From contig NC_067398.1 of NCBI RefSeq assembly GCF_016432865.1, forward strand, positions 726,206,001-726,270,000: DNA of 64,000 nucleotides, in the 5' to 3' direction. Each line of letters starts with the position of its first letter. Within the stretch, counting starts at the first letter, position 1. The stretch comes from Antechinus flavipes (taxonomy: Eukaryota). Below are positions 1 through 14,800 of the stretch, one piece after another. The translations under genes and the position numbers were made by a program. The notes below the pieces were generated by a model. That model ran no database searches. It had not been told where the DNA came from and saw only the letters and a list, made by a program, of their open reading frames with translations.

Positions 1-2930
1 AAAAGAATAAAGATGGTGATACTTGTAGGTAGAACTCAGTATAATTTTTTTGTATTTGATTTTTTTATATGTTCAACTAATAGGCAAATAGCCAAGTAAA
101 ATATAGTGTATCTGTTTCAGATAGATCTTTGTTATGTATTACTCTATAAGTATGGCTCAACTCTAACAAATAAAAAATACTCCACAACAACAACAACAAC
201 AACAAAAAAAAAGTGTACAGAGACAGAGGTTGTGGGCATAAGATAACTTTGATGTGATGATATTAAAAAAAATTAAAGGGTTAAAAAAAGAACTGTACTA
301 GATGAGGAAAAGGGGAGATAGAATAGGATATATGACATGACATGAAGAGGTGCACAAAACCTATAGAGAGGAGGTAAGTACTGTTTGAACCTCATTCTCA
401 TCAGATTTGGCTCAAAGAGGAAACAAGATACTCATTCAGATGGAACCAAAAGTAGATCTTACCCTGTGGGATGTAGGAAAAGAAAATGAGAAGCAAAGGG
501 AAAGGTTGGTCAGAAACAAAACACTAGCGAAGAGGGACAAGATGGAAAAAGAGAAAAAAAAGTATATACGGGGGAAAAGAGGATGAAGGAAAATACAAAA
601 TGAGTAATCATAACTGAATGTGAACAGGATGAACTCTTCCATAAAATGGAAGCAGATAGCAAAATGGATTAAAAACCAGAATCCCACAAGAAATCCTTGT
701 ACAAAAGTAAAAAACCAGAATCCTTTACAAGAAACATATGTAAAGCAGAGAAACATGGAGTGAAGATAAAAGGTTGAAGTAGAACAAATTATGCTTCAGC
801 TGAAGTTAAAAAAGCAGGGATAGCGGATCGTGATCTCAACTAAAACAAAAGCCAAAATTGATCTAATTGAAAGAGATAAGGAAGGAAACTACATCTTGCT
901 AAAAGGTACCATAGACAATGAAATGATATCAATATTAAACACATATGCACAAGTGGTATAATATCTAAATTCTTAGAGTAACGAGTTACAGGAAGAAATA
1001 GCAAAACTGTACTAGTAGCAGATCTCAAAATTATTTAGAAAAGTTAGATATGATAGATCTCTGGAGAAAACTGAATGGATATAGAAAGGGATATACCTTT
1101 TTCTCACCGGTATATACCACGAATGCAAAAACTGACCACATGTTAGAACATAACCCCCCCCTTACATGCAAAAAGGCAAAATATTAAATACATCCTTTTC
1201 AGATGGTGATACTATAAAAATTATGTGTAAAGGGCTATGGAAAGACATTAAAAATCAATTGGAAAGTAAATAATCTAATCTTAAAGATTTATAATTATAC
1301 AAACAACAAATCATAAAAGCAATAATTACATCAGAGAGGATGACGATAATGAGATAACATACTAAAATTTATAGAATGCATCCAAAAAAGAAATTGTATA
1401 TATGTAAATTCTTACATGAACAAAATAGATAAAGAGCACATCAATGAACTGACATGAAACTAAAAAACTGGAAAAAGAGCAAATTAAAAATCCTTAATTA
1501 AATACTAAGTTAGAAAGTTTGAAAATCAAAAGAGAGATTAAGAAAACTGTTGAACCAATAAATAAAACTAAAGTTTTATGAAAAAAAATAAACTTATGAT
1601 TGATTTTTTTAAAAAGAGAAAATCAAATTAGTAGCTTCAGAAAAGGGCAAATTCACCATCAATGAAGAAGAAATTAAAGCAACGATCAGGAGCTTTCTTT
1701 TATCCGACTGTATGTCAACAAACCTGACAATCTAAGTGAAATGAACGTTTATAAAAATATAAGTTGCCCAGATTAGAAGAGGAAATAAAATACTTAAACA
1801 ACAGCATTTTAGGGGGGAAAACTGAATGACCCATCAATGAACTGCCTAAGGAAAAAATCTCCAGGGCTAGATTTACAAGTGAATTCTACAAGTGAATTGT
1901 TGGTGGAGCTGTGAAAGCAGCCGACATTTAAAGAACAATTCATCCTAATACTATATAAACTCTTCAGGAAAATGGGAGAAGAAGGAGTCCTACCAAATTC
2001 TTTTTATATCACAAATATGGTGCTGATACCTAAACCAGGAAGTACCAAATCAAAGAAAGAAAATTTAGATAAATTTCCCTAATTAATAATGATGCAAAAA
2101 CTTTAAGTAAAATATTAGCAAAGAGATTACAGAATTTGTTAAAAGAATAATAAACTATAACCAGGTGGGATTTATATCAGTAACGCAGAGATGGCTCAAT
2201 ATTAGGAAAACTATTAACATAATTGACCATATCGATAACAAAGTTAACAGAAATCAAATGAACATCTTAATGGAGACAGAAAAAGCTTTTGATAAAATAC
2301 AGCACCCATTCCTATGAAAGATACTTGAGAGCACAGGAAATATATGGAGTTTTCCTTAAAATAAGAAGTATCTTTCTAAAACAATCAGCAAGCATGATGG
2401 GAATAAGCTAGAAGCCTTCGCAATAAGATCAGGGGTGAAACAAGGATACTATTTAATACTGTATTAGAAATATTCGATTTAGCAATGAGAAAAACAAAAC
2501 GAAGAAATCAGAATATGCAACAAGAAAACAAAGTTATCACTTTTCACAGATATGACCGTATACTTAGAGAAACCCAGAGAATCAATCAAACTAGTACTTG
2601 AAATAATCAGCCACTTCAAAAAAGTTGCAGGATTTAATTTAAAGCCATACATCATGAGTATCTCTATATATCATCAACAAAGCCCAAATGCGAGAGATCG
2701 AAAGAGAAATTCCATTCAAAATAACCACAGAAGAAAGCGGGAAGCAACTTTTACTGTTCTCCGTTCTAAAATAGAGAATCCAATCAATTTATATAAGAAT
2801 ACAGGTCATTCTCCAACTGATACATGGGATAGGAACCGGCCGTTTTCAGATGAAGAAATAAAGCTCTCTATCCTAAAAGGACTCGTTTTCTTTACGGAGA
2901 GTGAAATTTGCACCAACAAAAGCAATGCAA
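1..2930 (+). mobile_element. Decayed LINE-1 (inter-ORF spacer, ORF2 endonuclease and RT remnants) in a CABIN1 intron, antisense to the gene
   Basis: A-rich plus strand. About 610-740 reads as a broken L1 endonuclease start (I-T-x-NVN-x-MNS...WIKNQNP...QETY). About 2030-2320 matches the RT region (KKEN..PISL.N.DAK, YNQVGFI, AEKAFDKIQHPFL). About 2540-2580 is a degenerate LFADDM..YLEKPRES. Many stops and frameshifts. Confidence 0.9.
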
Positions 2931-3099
2931 CGAAAATTAAAAGGGGGGGGGGGGGGGAGGGGGGGGGGGGTCTCTGCAGCACGTTGCTCTGACCAAGATA
3001 ACACTTCTGGGGAGCACAAGGGGCGGCGGCGGCCACTCCGGAACCCACGTCCAGGTTTGTGGAGAGGCCGTTTTCGAAGGAAGACACCCGAGCCGCCCT

Positions 3100-3270
3100 C
3101 GGCCACGTGGCAAAACGCCCAAATTCACTAAAAGCGGAGGGGCAAAAAGGAAATCGACGCTGAGACTCCCCCTGCTGTCAGACCAGCCAACGGGACAGAA
3201 AGGGAACCGGGACGCTGATGCATTGTTGGTGGAGCTGTGAACGCAGCCGGCCACTCAGAAGGGCAATCGA
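3100..3270 (+). mobile_element. L1 ORF2 C-terminal fragment, strongly GC-shifted
   Basis: gggacgctgatgcattgttggtggagctgtgaac aligns to gggacactgatgcattgttggtggaattgtgaac of the L1 copy at about 13965-14000 (GTLMHCWW motif). Confidence 0.7.
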
Positions 3271-3488
3271 TAGTCGCCCCGGCCTGGACTGAAGAGACCA
3301 GAGAGGCCTGTATGGGCAACAGCTCCTTTGGGGGCAGCAGAGGACTGGAAATGAGGGGATGGCCAGAGCTGGGGAGCCTGGACGGGGAGGGACCCCGCTG
3401 CGCCCTAAGAAATGGCGGGCGCTCTGAGGAAAGACCAGACGACAACCGGGATGGCGCGCCCACCCCGCCCCCCGGGCCAGGGTCTCAC

Positions 3489-4317
3489 CTCGCGCAGCAG
3501 GCGAGTCTCCAGCAGCTCCTGGTAGGCCCTCTCGGACTCCTCACACCGGTCATGCTTCTGCAGGTCCAAGGCCTTGTGGTACAGGGAGAAAGCTTCCGCT
3601 TCCTGGCAGGGCACACGAGGAAAGGATGTGATCCACACGCGGGCCACTCGGACCCTGGGGGTTGGGGGGGGGGGGCGCACCCGGACCCGCTTACTCACCT
3701 GCGCCTCCTTGGTCTGGGTCTTGTGGCTCTTGAAGGTGCCCTCATGGTCATCCTCCACAGTGGAGCTGGCGTTCAAGGCTGCGATGCGGATCTAGAGCCA
3801 GGGCACAGACGGAAGCCTGTGGGACACCAGGTGGGGGAGTCCCGGGGCCCTGGACAAAAGCCACCTCGAGGAGAGCACGGGCCCCAGATCCACGCCTCCT
3901 CTCTCCGAAGCCCCTGCCGACGGCGAGCACCGAGTGCCCACCTCGCCTGGGCATCTCGGGGAGAGCGTGGGGTTCTCATCACCCACGAACCACCCAGGCT
4001 TCTGTAAGGACTCTGTGCCCCCAAGCTCCTCCCACCAGGGCTGCCAGGAACCCCGCTACAGTGAGCACCGGCTCTGGTCCCAAAGCCCGTCCAAGGCCCC
4101 CCACCTCCCATCTCCCTCTGGGCCGGGGCCTGGATCAGGGGGCGCCAAGTTCAAGCCCATCTCAGACCCTCCCAGGCTGGACAAGTTCACCTTCACTCCC
4201 CCCAGTCCCAGGCCTGAGCGCTCCCCACAGGCCTCAAGAGCTCTCCCCCAGGAAAGGTCTCCCGGGGAGACAAGTGGGACCCAGACCGCCCCCTGGCTCC
4301 CCTCTCCCACTCACCAT
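3489..4317 (-). CDS. CABIN1: Calcineurin-binding protein cabin-1, 5' part. Coding exons 4317-4315 (ATG only), 3791-3699 and 3602-3489; gene continues beyond position 1
   Basis: Spliced product [70 protein letters not shown] matches the known CABIN1 N-terminus. ATG|GTGAGT donor at 4314, acceptors ctag at 3792 and ccag at 3603, donors GTGAGT at 3698 and GTGAGA at 3488. Exon sizes 93 and 114 nt. Confidence 0.93.
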
Positions 4318-4659
4318 CTCTGCAGGGGGGCGGCGCTGCCCCTTTGGACCATCCCCCGTCCCGGCCGAGGTCACTTCTGAGAACAAAGGAGGGGCCTGAG
4401 CGGGGGTCGCGGGCCCTGCCCATCCCCCGGGCGGCACGCCAAATCCCGCTCCCCGGCTCACTGCCAGGCCCCGGGAGGAAGCCCCCCAGCCCCGGCACCC
4501 TGCCCCGAGCCCCCCCATACGGTCCTTCCCGGGACACAGACCCGAGACCGACCCGTCCCTCGGCCCGGCCGGCCTCACCCCCAGCCCTCTGCCCCAGGCT
4601 GCCTCAGTTTCCTCCTGGAAAAATGGGAGATCTTAACTGTAACACCTGTGGGGCAGTGA

Positions 4660-5757
4660 GGGGGCCCTCCAACTCACACACACACAATCACAGACAAAAC
4701 ACACATACGATAAACAAAAACCCAAAATGCATGCACGCACACAACAAATAAACACACACGCACAAAACATACAATAAACACACATGACACACAACAAATC
4801 CATGCATATACACAAAACACACGTGCACACAATAAGCAGATATGCATACAACAAACACATACACATGTGCAACAAACACACGATAACATGCACAAAAGCA
4901 CACAACAGATATACATATAACACACAAAAACACAATACATATAACATACACATGCACACAAAAATACACAATACACAATAATATACACATAAGCACACAC
5001 ACAATAAACACATGTGCACACAATAAGCAGATATGCATACAACAAACACATACACATGTGCAACAAACACACAATAACATGCACAAAAGCACACAACAGA
5101 GATATACATATAACACACAAAAACACACAATACATATAACATACACATGCACACAAAAATACACAATACACAATAATATACACATAAGCACACACACAAT
5201 AAACACATGTGCACACAATAAGCAGATATGCATACAACAAACACACATACGTACAACACACACATACATACAACAAATACAAATAATATACACAAAAGCA
5301 CACAACAAACACAGATATACATATAACACACAATGCACATAATATACACACATGCACACAAAAATACACAATACACAATAATATACACATAAGCACATAC
5401 ACACAACAGACGTGCACACAATAAGCAGATGTGTACACACACAAAATACCTAATACACATAACACACATAAGCACACACACGTGCACACAATAAGCAGAT
5501 GTACACACACAAGCGCACACACACAATAAGCAGATATGCATACAACACACACATATGTACAACAATCACACACATACATACAACAAACACACAATAATAT
5601 ACACACAAGCACACAACAAACACAGATATACATATACCACACAACACACATGGACATAAAAATACACACGTGCACACAATAAGCAGATGTGCACACACAC
5701 AAAATACCCGATACATGTAACACACATAAGCACACACACGTGCACACAATAAGCAGA
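4660..5757. repeat. CA/TA-rich complex tandem repeat with an approximately 190-195 bp higher-order unit (CABIN1 intron 1)
   Basis: cacacaataagcagat recurs at about 4826, 5018, 5213 and 5415, then at shorter spacing. It produces the C/V/Y/M-rich pseudo-ORFs. Confidence 0.9.
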
Positions 5758-6204
5758 GGCAGGAGGCAGTGGCCGTGCTGGACGGCCCAGGGGTGAGGAG
5801 GCTTCGGGAGGTCTCAAGCCCCGAGATGCCAAGGAGGCCAGGGCCCCCTGACCGGAGCCGCCGCGCACCCACTCCCGGCCTGCCCTCGAGAAGTGCCCAG
5901 CGTGAGGCTGTCCGGGAAGGTGGGCGCGGGGGCAGGGGGGCACGGAGCGAGCGCTGACAATCAGAAGTGAATGGCATTCACCCAGCTGGGGGCCCCGCCA
6001 GGTGGGCTCTCCGGCCGCCACGCCTCAGCCTCGGGCCGGTCCCCTACCTCATGACCCCACTGAAAACGGGGCGCCCACCACGAGCGGCTTAGCCCTGAGC
6101 CTCCCCCACCCCATTCCCTGTGGCCTCTGTCTTCTCCCTTCTGTGGACCCAAATGTCCTCCAGGGTTGAGATGCTACTGCAGGGTCTTCTGTCTAGGAGA
6201 CTAA

Positions 6205-6715
6205 CTCAGGGGGAACTGAGGCACAGGAAGGACCAAAGGACCCAGGATCCTCTTCTGACATGGGGGAAACTGAGGCACGGGAAGGACCAAAGGACCCAGG
6301 ATTCTCTTCTGACATGGGGGGAAACTGAGGCACGGGAAGGACCAAAGGACCCAGGATCCTCTTCTGACATGGGGGGAAACTGAGGCACGGGAAGGACCAA
6401 AGGACCCAGGATCCTCTTCTGACATGGGGGAAACTGAGGCACGGGAAGGACCAAAGGACCCAGGATCCTCTTCTGACATGGGGGGAAACTGAGGCACGGG
6501 AAGGACCAAAGGACCCAGAATCCTCTTCTGACACGGGGGGAAACTGAGGCACGGGAAGGACCAGAGAGCCTAGAATCCTCTTCTGACATGGGGGAAACTG
6601 AGGCACGGGAAGGACCAAAGGACCCAGAATCCTCTTCTGACATGGGGGAAACTGAGGCACGGGAAGGGCCAGAGAGCCCAGAATCCTTTTGTGACACGGG
6701 AGGAAACTGAGGCGG
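6205..6715. repeat. Minisatellite, 54-55 bp unit, about 9 copies
   Basis: Unit ggggaaactgaggcacgggaaggaccaaaggacccaggatcctcttctgacatg; gaaac at 6266, 6321, 6376, 6430, 6485, 6540, 6594, 6648 and 6703. Confidence 0.97.
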
Positions 6716-6779
6716 AATGGAGGAGAGGACGCAGGCCCCGACACCCCGTAACCCCAACTAACCGCACGCAGCCCCGCTC

Positions 6780-7140
6780 ACCCACCTGGGTTTCCTGACA
6801 ACTGTTATGGTCTCTCCCCGGCTCGGTGCTACCTGGCGCAGGCGCAGAAGAGAGCAAAAGCCGGCGCGGGAGCCGGCCAACAACACGCACGCCGATTGGC
6901 TGCCGCTCCGGGCGGCTTCGGCCAATCGGAGAGGAAAAGGCGGATATTCTGGCGACGTCACCGAGGCCCCAGCCGGGAAGGGGGGCTACTCAGTCTTTGC
7001 TTTCCGGGGGTGGCCGAGCCAGGTCGGAGGGCGGGCCTCTCCACAAAGAGCGGGACGGAAGGAGCCGGGGAGAAGAGGGACCGCCCCTAGGGCACCACAG
7101 GAAGTGGGTTCCCAGAGCGGGGCGCGGCGGAAGTGACTCA
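6780..7140 (-). promoter_or_regulatory. CABIN1: CABIN1 CpG-island promoter and probable non-coding exon 1 (donor near 6785 or 6781)
   Basis: CpG-rich. CCAAT boxes at about 6894-6898 and 6922-6926, CRE-like gacgtca at about 6954-6960, ETS cggaagtg at about 7128. Minus-strand donors CAG|GTGGGT (6785) and GTGAGC (6781). Confidence 0.65.
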
Positions 7141-8279
7141 CTGCGGAGACAAAATGAGCCCTCCCCCACCCGCCCGCGGCGAGGCCCCTGGTCTGACGTA
7201 GAGGTCGCGCTAGCCTAGGGAGGGAGGAGCTTGGCGGGGGAGGGAAGTGGAGGGAAAGCAGGCGGGGCCACGACAGAAAATAATCTCACGGGGCGGGGCC
7301 GGCCCGGAACAGGCCCTCAGCCCGATAGCGAAGGAGGGGCCGAGCCCCGCAAGAGGGCGCTCAGGCTCCCTCTCTCTGCGGGAGCCAGCATGGAGTAGGC
7401 GCCTCCTGTGTACCTAAAGCCCTGGAGGGCCGTGGGGCTCCTGGCAGGGACCAGCAGACTGACCCCAGTCCTGGCTGCCCCAGGGAGGCTCAGGTTAGGC
7501 CTGGGCCACAGGGACAGAGGCCCTGCCCGCTAAGCACTGAGCTGCCCTTGGGGAGTGAGACTGAGCTTCTGGGCCCCCAGGACCCCTCCCAGAGAAGGAG
7601 AAGGGAAGAGGAGGCCCTCCCTAGCAGCCAGAGGCCCCAGCCATCTGTAAGGATGGGCTGCACACACCTGACCCTGCCAAGTGACAGAAGAGGAAACGGG
7701 CAGGCAGTGTCTGAAGCGGAATTCGAACTCGGTTCCGCGGGCTGCTGGGCCCCTCCAGCCTTCCGAGCCCGGGAGCCTTTGCGTTTCTTGACCATCAGCG
7801 GCCCGGGATGAACTTCAGGGTTGGGGGCAGCAGGTGCCCCCCAAGTGGCTCTCAGTCTGATGCCCTCCAAGTGGCCACCTCGTCCCGCGGCCGCCCCGCC
7901 CCGCCGTGCAAAGCCTCGCCCCGATTTCTGCCCACTCCTCGACTCTCTCCTCACCTGGGCCCCCACGCCGGCGGCCGTTTGTCAGATGCCGTTTCCCTCC
8001 GGCCGCTTGTTGGGAGGCGTGGGGAGGCTGCCTTTGCTGTGCGTCACCCGCAGCTGCTTATTCTTCATCCCTACTTTTCTTCTCTAATTACGACAATAAA
8101 CTTAATTACCTTGTAAAAAAAAAAAAAAAAGCGGATTTCGGAGGCTCCAGAACCTGCCTGGCCTCCCTGGAGGAGCGCCTCTGCCCAAGGAGACACAGCC
8201 CTCTTTCCTTTGAAAGCCGGGTTCGGAGAGACCTCATAAAATTGTCTCATAAATTAGGCCGCTTCTTAGGCGGTAGGTA

Positions 8280-8420
8280 GGGCACTGGGCCCAGAGTCAA
8301 AAAGACCCAGTAACCCTGGGTATGTCTGCCTCAGTTTCCTAATCTGTCAAGCTGGAGAAGGAAATGGCAGACTACCCTTATGTTTGCCAAGAAACCCCCC
8401 AACATGACTGTGGCTAATGG
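8280..8420 (+). mobile_element. MAR1-type CORE-SINE fragment
   Basis: gcctcagtttcct core followed by the RTE-derived tail gctggagaaggaaatggca...tttgccaagaaacccc. Confidence 0.7.
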
Positions 8421-9299
8421 GGCACGCCCCGGCCCTAAGGTAAGGGGACCCATCCTTCCCATTCAGGCTCCTCTTGGCAGGAGCTAACGGAACCCGGAGC
8501 AAAGTGCAGGCAACGTTCCGAATGCCGGGGCCTCCGAGTGTTCACTGGCCGACTCGGCCCGTTTGGCCCACACTGGACGGAGGAGGATTTTCTGAGGCTC
8601 CCTGTCTCCCTCTTTTAAGAACACTTCCCCCGGAGCCCTCCTCTGGGGCCAAAAGGAGCACAGGGATCCCCTTGTTCGCATGACAACCCTCAAGTCCCGG
8701 CCACAGACGCCCCTCGTGCTGCCCTGAGGCTTCTCAGCTGGAGGCAGCAAGATGGCACGGGTGGAGTCGGAAAGAGCTGGGCTCCAACCCCACCAGACAC
8801 TAGCTGTGTGACTCAGGCCAAGTCACTTTCCCCATGTCTGCTTTAGCTTCCTTGTCTGTAAAACAGAGAGAGCCCCTACTTCCCAGGGTGCCGTGAGGAC
8901 CAAATGAGAGAAGGTAAGGACAGTGGGCGGCACCTTAGAGACCTTAACGTGTGATGTAAATCCTCAGCGTTACCGGCAGTTTTTCGCCAATGGAGAGCTA
9001 CCCAGGCCCTTCCCCATCCTGGCTACCCTCCACTGGACAAGCTTTGGCTGGTCAGCACCCTCAAGCCGGGGCCCCCAGAAAGGCCCACGATGCCCCGAGG
9101 AGCCCAGCACAAGATGAGGGGTAGCAGGATCTCCAGCTCCTTTTTTCTGACAGGCCTCGAGATTAGGGTGCAGCGGGACCCCTGATGGAGCCCGTGTCAG
9201 CTGCCACCATCTGCACTGGCACCTGCCAGCACCCATCCTCCTCCTCAGCCGCTGGGCGTGAAAAAACCAGTCAGTGTTCAAGCAAACACAGAGCTCCAC

Positions 9300-9305
9300 T
9301 TTATT
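9300..9305 (-). terminator. DDT: DDT polyadenylation signal AATAAA
   Basis: tttatt at 9300-9305, about 80 nt past the DDT stop codon. Confidence 0.8.
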
Positions 9306-9382
9306 CTACTGTCCCTAAGGAGAATGCTTGGTGCAGGTGCGGGCAGAGGCCTGCTGCTCCGGCAGCACCGTCTCCGGGGTCC

Positions 9383-12100
<2,718 letters not shown>

Positions 12101-12635
12101 CTACCCTCCCCTCACGCCATAGCCGATGAGGGTTCAGAGGGGGAATGGGGTCAAAGGTGGCCTGCGGCAGCTGATCGCCAGGGGGCCGCGCTCTGACCTT
12201 CTGGGCCCCGGTACCCCTGGTGCCAGTGGCCCGGCTCGGTGAGCTCTCCCTGACTTCCGAGGGTCGGGGCCCGGGAAAGCCGCTGGGTCCGAGGGACTGA
12301 CCCCTTCCCTCCCTGCGTCGGCCCGTGCGTCTCTCCGGCTCTGGCTCCCCCGGTCCCCTGGGGACATCGACCCCTTGTTGCTGTCCACAGGTCATCGTGT
12401 CTCCTCCGAGCCTTTTTCCCAACGCCCTGCCCCGGGCACAGCCCTGGCCCCAGAGGGGGCTCCCTCCAGACTGAGCTCTGCAGGCACTGCCTCCAGATAT
12501 AGCACCTCCCCTCCCCCATTCGATCAATCAGTAAGACTTTTATTAAACACCTACTGAATGCTGGAGTTGCAGTTAAGTGCTGAACTCAGGGCGCTCTCCG
12601 TCTAGTCTGAGGGTCAGCAATTAAAAAGAAATTGA

Positions 12636-12779
12636 AGGGGCGGCGATAGAGCCCCAGCCCTGAAGTCAGGAGGGCCAGAGTTCAAATCTGACCTCAGGCA
12701 CTTACCACTTCCTAGGTATGTGACCCTGTCCAAGTCACTTAATCCCAAATCAGCAAAAAAAAAAAAAAAAAAAAAAACT
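12636..12779 (+). mobile_element. WSINE1-type tRNA-derived SINE with poly(A) tail
   Basis: gatagagccccagccctgaagtcaggag...gagttcaaatctgacctcag.cactta.cacttcctag..tgtgaccctg..caagtcacttaa followed by an A run. Confidence 0.85.
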
Positions 12780-13404
12780 TGAAAAGGAAGGGGGGGTGGG
12801 GCAGCTCTGGGGAATGCTGAGGGAGCAGGATGCCCTCCCCAACGGCTCATGTCCTCTCCGCACCCGCCAGTGGCCGCCACCACCCGCCCCCTCTTTGCCC
12901 ACCTTGCCAGCTGTGCGGATGAGTGTCACCCACGAACATGGCAAAGGGCCAGAGCCTGGCTGTAATTCCTGATAGAAGCAGGGGCAGGGAGGGAGGTCGC
13001 ACACAAAAGCCCCCTTTGTAGCAAGGCCCGGTAACCACCAGAAGCAATTAGGGACCCAGCGCAAAGAGCTCTGGGGCCCAGAGTGCAAGTTCAGCCTCTT
13101 TCCAGCTAAACAAGCCACTTCCCTGTTTGCCTCAGTTTCCTCAACTGAAAAATGGGGATCGTAATAGTCCCAAAGCTGTGGTGAGGGCTACTTGAGCAAA
13201 TATTTGTGACATGCTTAGCAGAGAACACAGTAGGCACTACATAAATGCTGATTCCTTCCCATTCACACCAATTGGTGAAACAAACTTTGCCTGAGAGAGG
13301 TGTGACTAGACATCAGCACATGTGGAAAAATATCTGGGGGCATCCCCAGGAATCTCTTCTGCACTGAGACCCTGAAGATGGGTTGGCTTTGGGATGGAAC
13401 AATC

Positions 13405-14800
13405 TGGTCACACCCACACTTGACACCGTACACCAAGGTAAGGTCAAAATGGGTCCATGATTTAGGCATAAAGAACGAGAATATAAATAGAGGAACACAG
13501 GACAGTTTACCTCTCAGACCTGTGGAAGAGAAAGAAATTTGTGACCCAAGAAGAACTAGAGACCATTATTGAGCACAAAATAGGAAATTTTGATTATATC
13601 AAATTGAAAAGTTTTTGTACAAACAAAACTAATGCAGACAAGATTAGAAGGGAAGCAACAAATTAGGAAAACATTTTTACAGTTAAAGGTTCTGATAAAG
13701 GCCTCATTTCCAAAATATAGAGAGAACTGACTCTATAAGAAATCAAGCCATTCTCCAATTGATAAATGGTCAAAGGATATGAACAGACAATTCTCAGACG
13801 AAGAAACTGAAACTATTTCTAGCCATATGAAAAGATGCTCCAAGTCATTAGTAATCAGAGAAATGCAAATTAAGACAACTCTGAGATACTACTGCACACC
13901 TGTCAGATTGGCTAGAGTGACAGGGAAAGATAATGGGGAATGTTGGAGGGGATGTGGGAAAACAGGGACACTGATGCATTGTTGGTGGAATTGTGAACAC
14001 ATCCAGCCATTCTGGAGAGCGATTTGGAACTAGGCTCAAAAAGTTATCAAACTGTGCATCCCCTTTGATCCAGCAGTGTTTCTACTGGGCTTATACCCCA
14101 AAGAGATACTAAAGAAAGGAAAGGGACCTGGATGTGCCAGAATGTTTGTGGCAGCCCTGTTAGTAGTGGCCAGAAGCTGGAAAATGAAAGGATGCCCATC
14201 AATGGGAGAATGGCTGGCTAAATTGTGATATATGAATGTTATGGAATATTATTGTTCTGTAAGAAACGACCAGCAGGAGGATTTCAGAAAGGCCTGGAGA
14301 GACTTACAGGAACTGATGCTGAGTGAAACGAGCAGGACGAGGAGATCATTATATACTTCAACAACAACAATATATGATGAGCAATTCTGATGGACGTGGC
14401 CCTCTTCAACAATGAGATGAACCAAATCAGTCCCAATGGAGCAGGAATGAACTGAACCAGCTCCACCCAGGGAAAGACTCTGGGAGATGACGAGGAACCT
14501 CTACATAGAATTCCCAATCCCTCTGTTTTTCTCCGCCTGCATTTTTGATTTCCTTCCCAGGTTATTTTTACCTTATTTCAAAGTCCGTTTCTTCTTGTGC
14601 AGCAAAGTAACTATGGACACATACACATATATTGCATTTCACATATACTTTAACATGCTTAACGTACTGGTCTACCCGGCATCTGGGGGAGGGGAAAAAT
14701 TGGAACAAAAGGTTTGGCAATTGTCTATGCTGTAAAATTTTCCATGCATATATCTTGTCAATAAAAAGGTATAATAATAAAAAGAAAGAAAAAAGAAAAA
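13405..14800 (+). mobile_element. 5'-truncated LINE-1 (ORF2 C-terminus, 3' UTR, A-rich tail)
   Basis: ORF remnants HPHLTPYTKVRSKWVHDLGIK and MNRQFSDEETETISSHMKRCSKSLVIREMQIKTTLRYYCTPVRLA...CWRGCGKTGTLMHCWW; A-rich end at about 14760-14800. Confidence 0.95.

Noticed and set aside
4633-5747. Cys/Val/Tyr-rich ORFs resembling keratin-associated or metallothionein proteins
   Set aside because: Translation of a (TG)-rich repeat in all three frames.
6205-6715. Regularly spaced repeats as a CRISPR-like array (also 9444-9640, 27031-27353 and 58218-59582)
   Set aside because: Head-to-tail units without unique spacers, in a mammalian genome.
7715-8141. aagcggaattcg / aagcggatttcg as a target-site duplication around the orphan poly(A)
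   Set aside because: The upstream copy is explained by SINE consensus (gtctgaggccggatttgaactc) and the match is imperfect.
12636-12779. tRNA gene (A/B-box-like sequence; also 41846-41996 and 46288-46427)
   Set aside because: tRNA-derived SINE heads followed by CORE sequence and an A tail; no cloverleaf.
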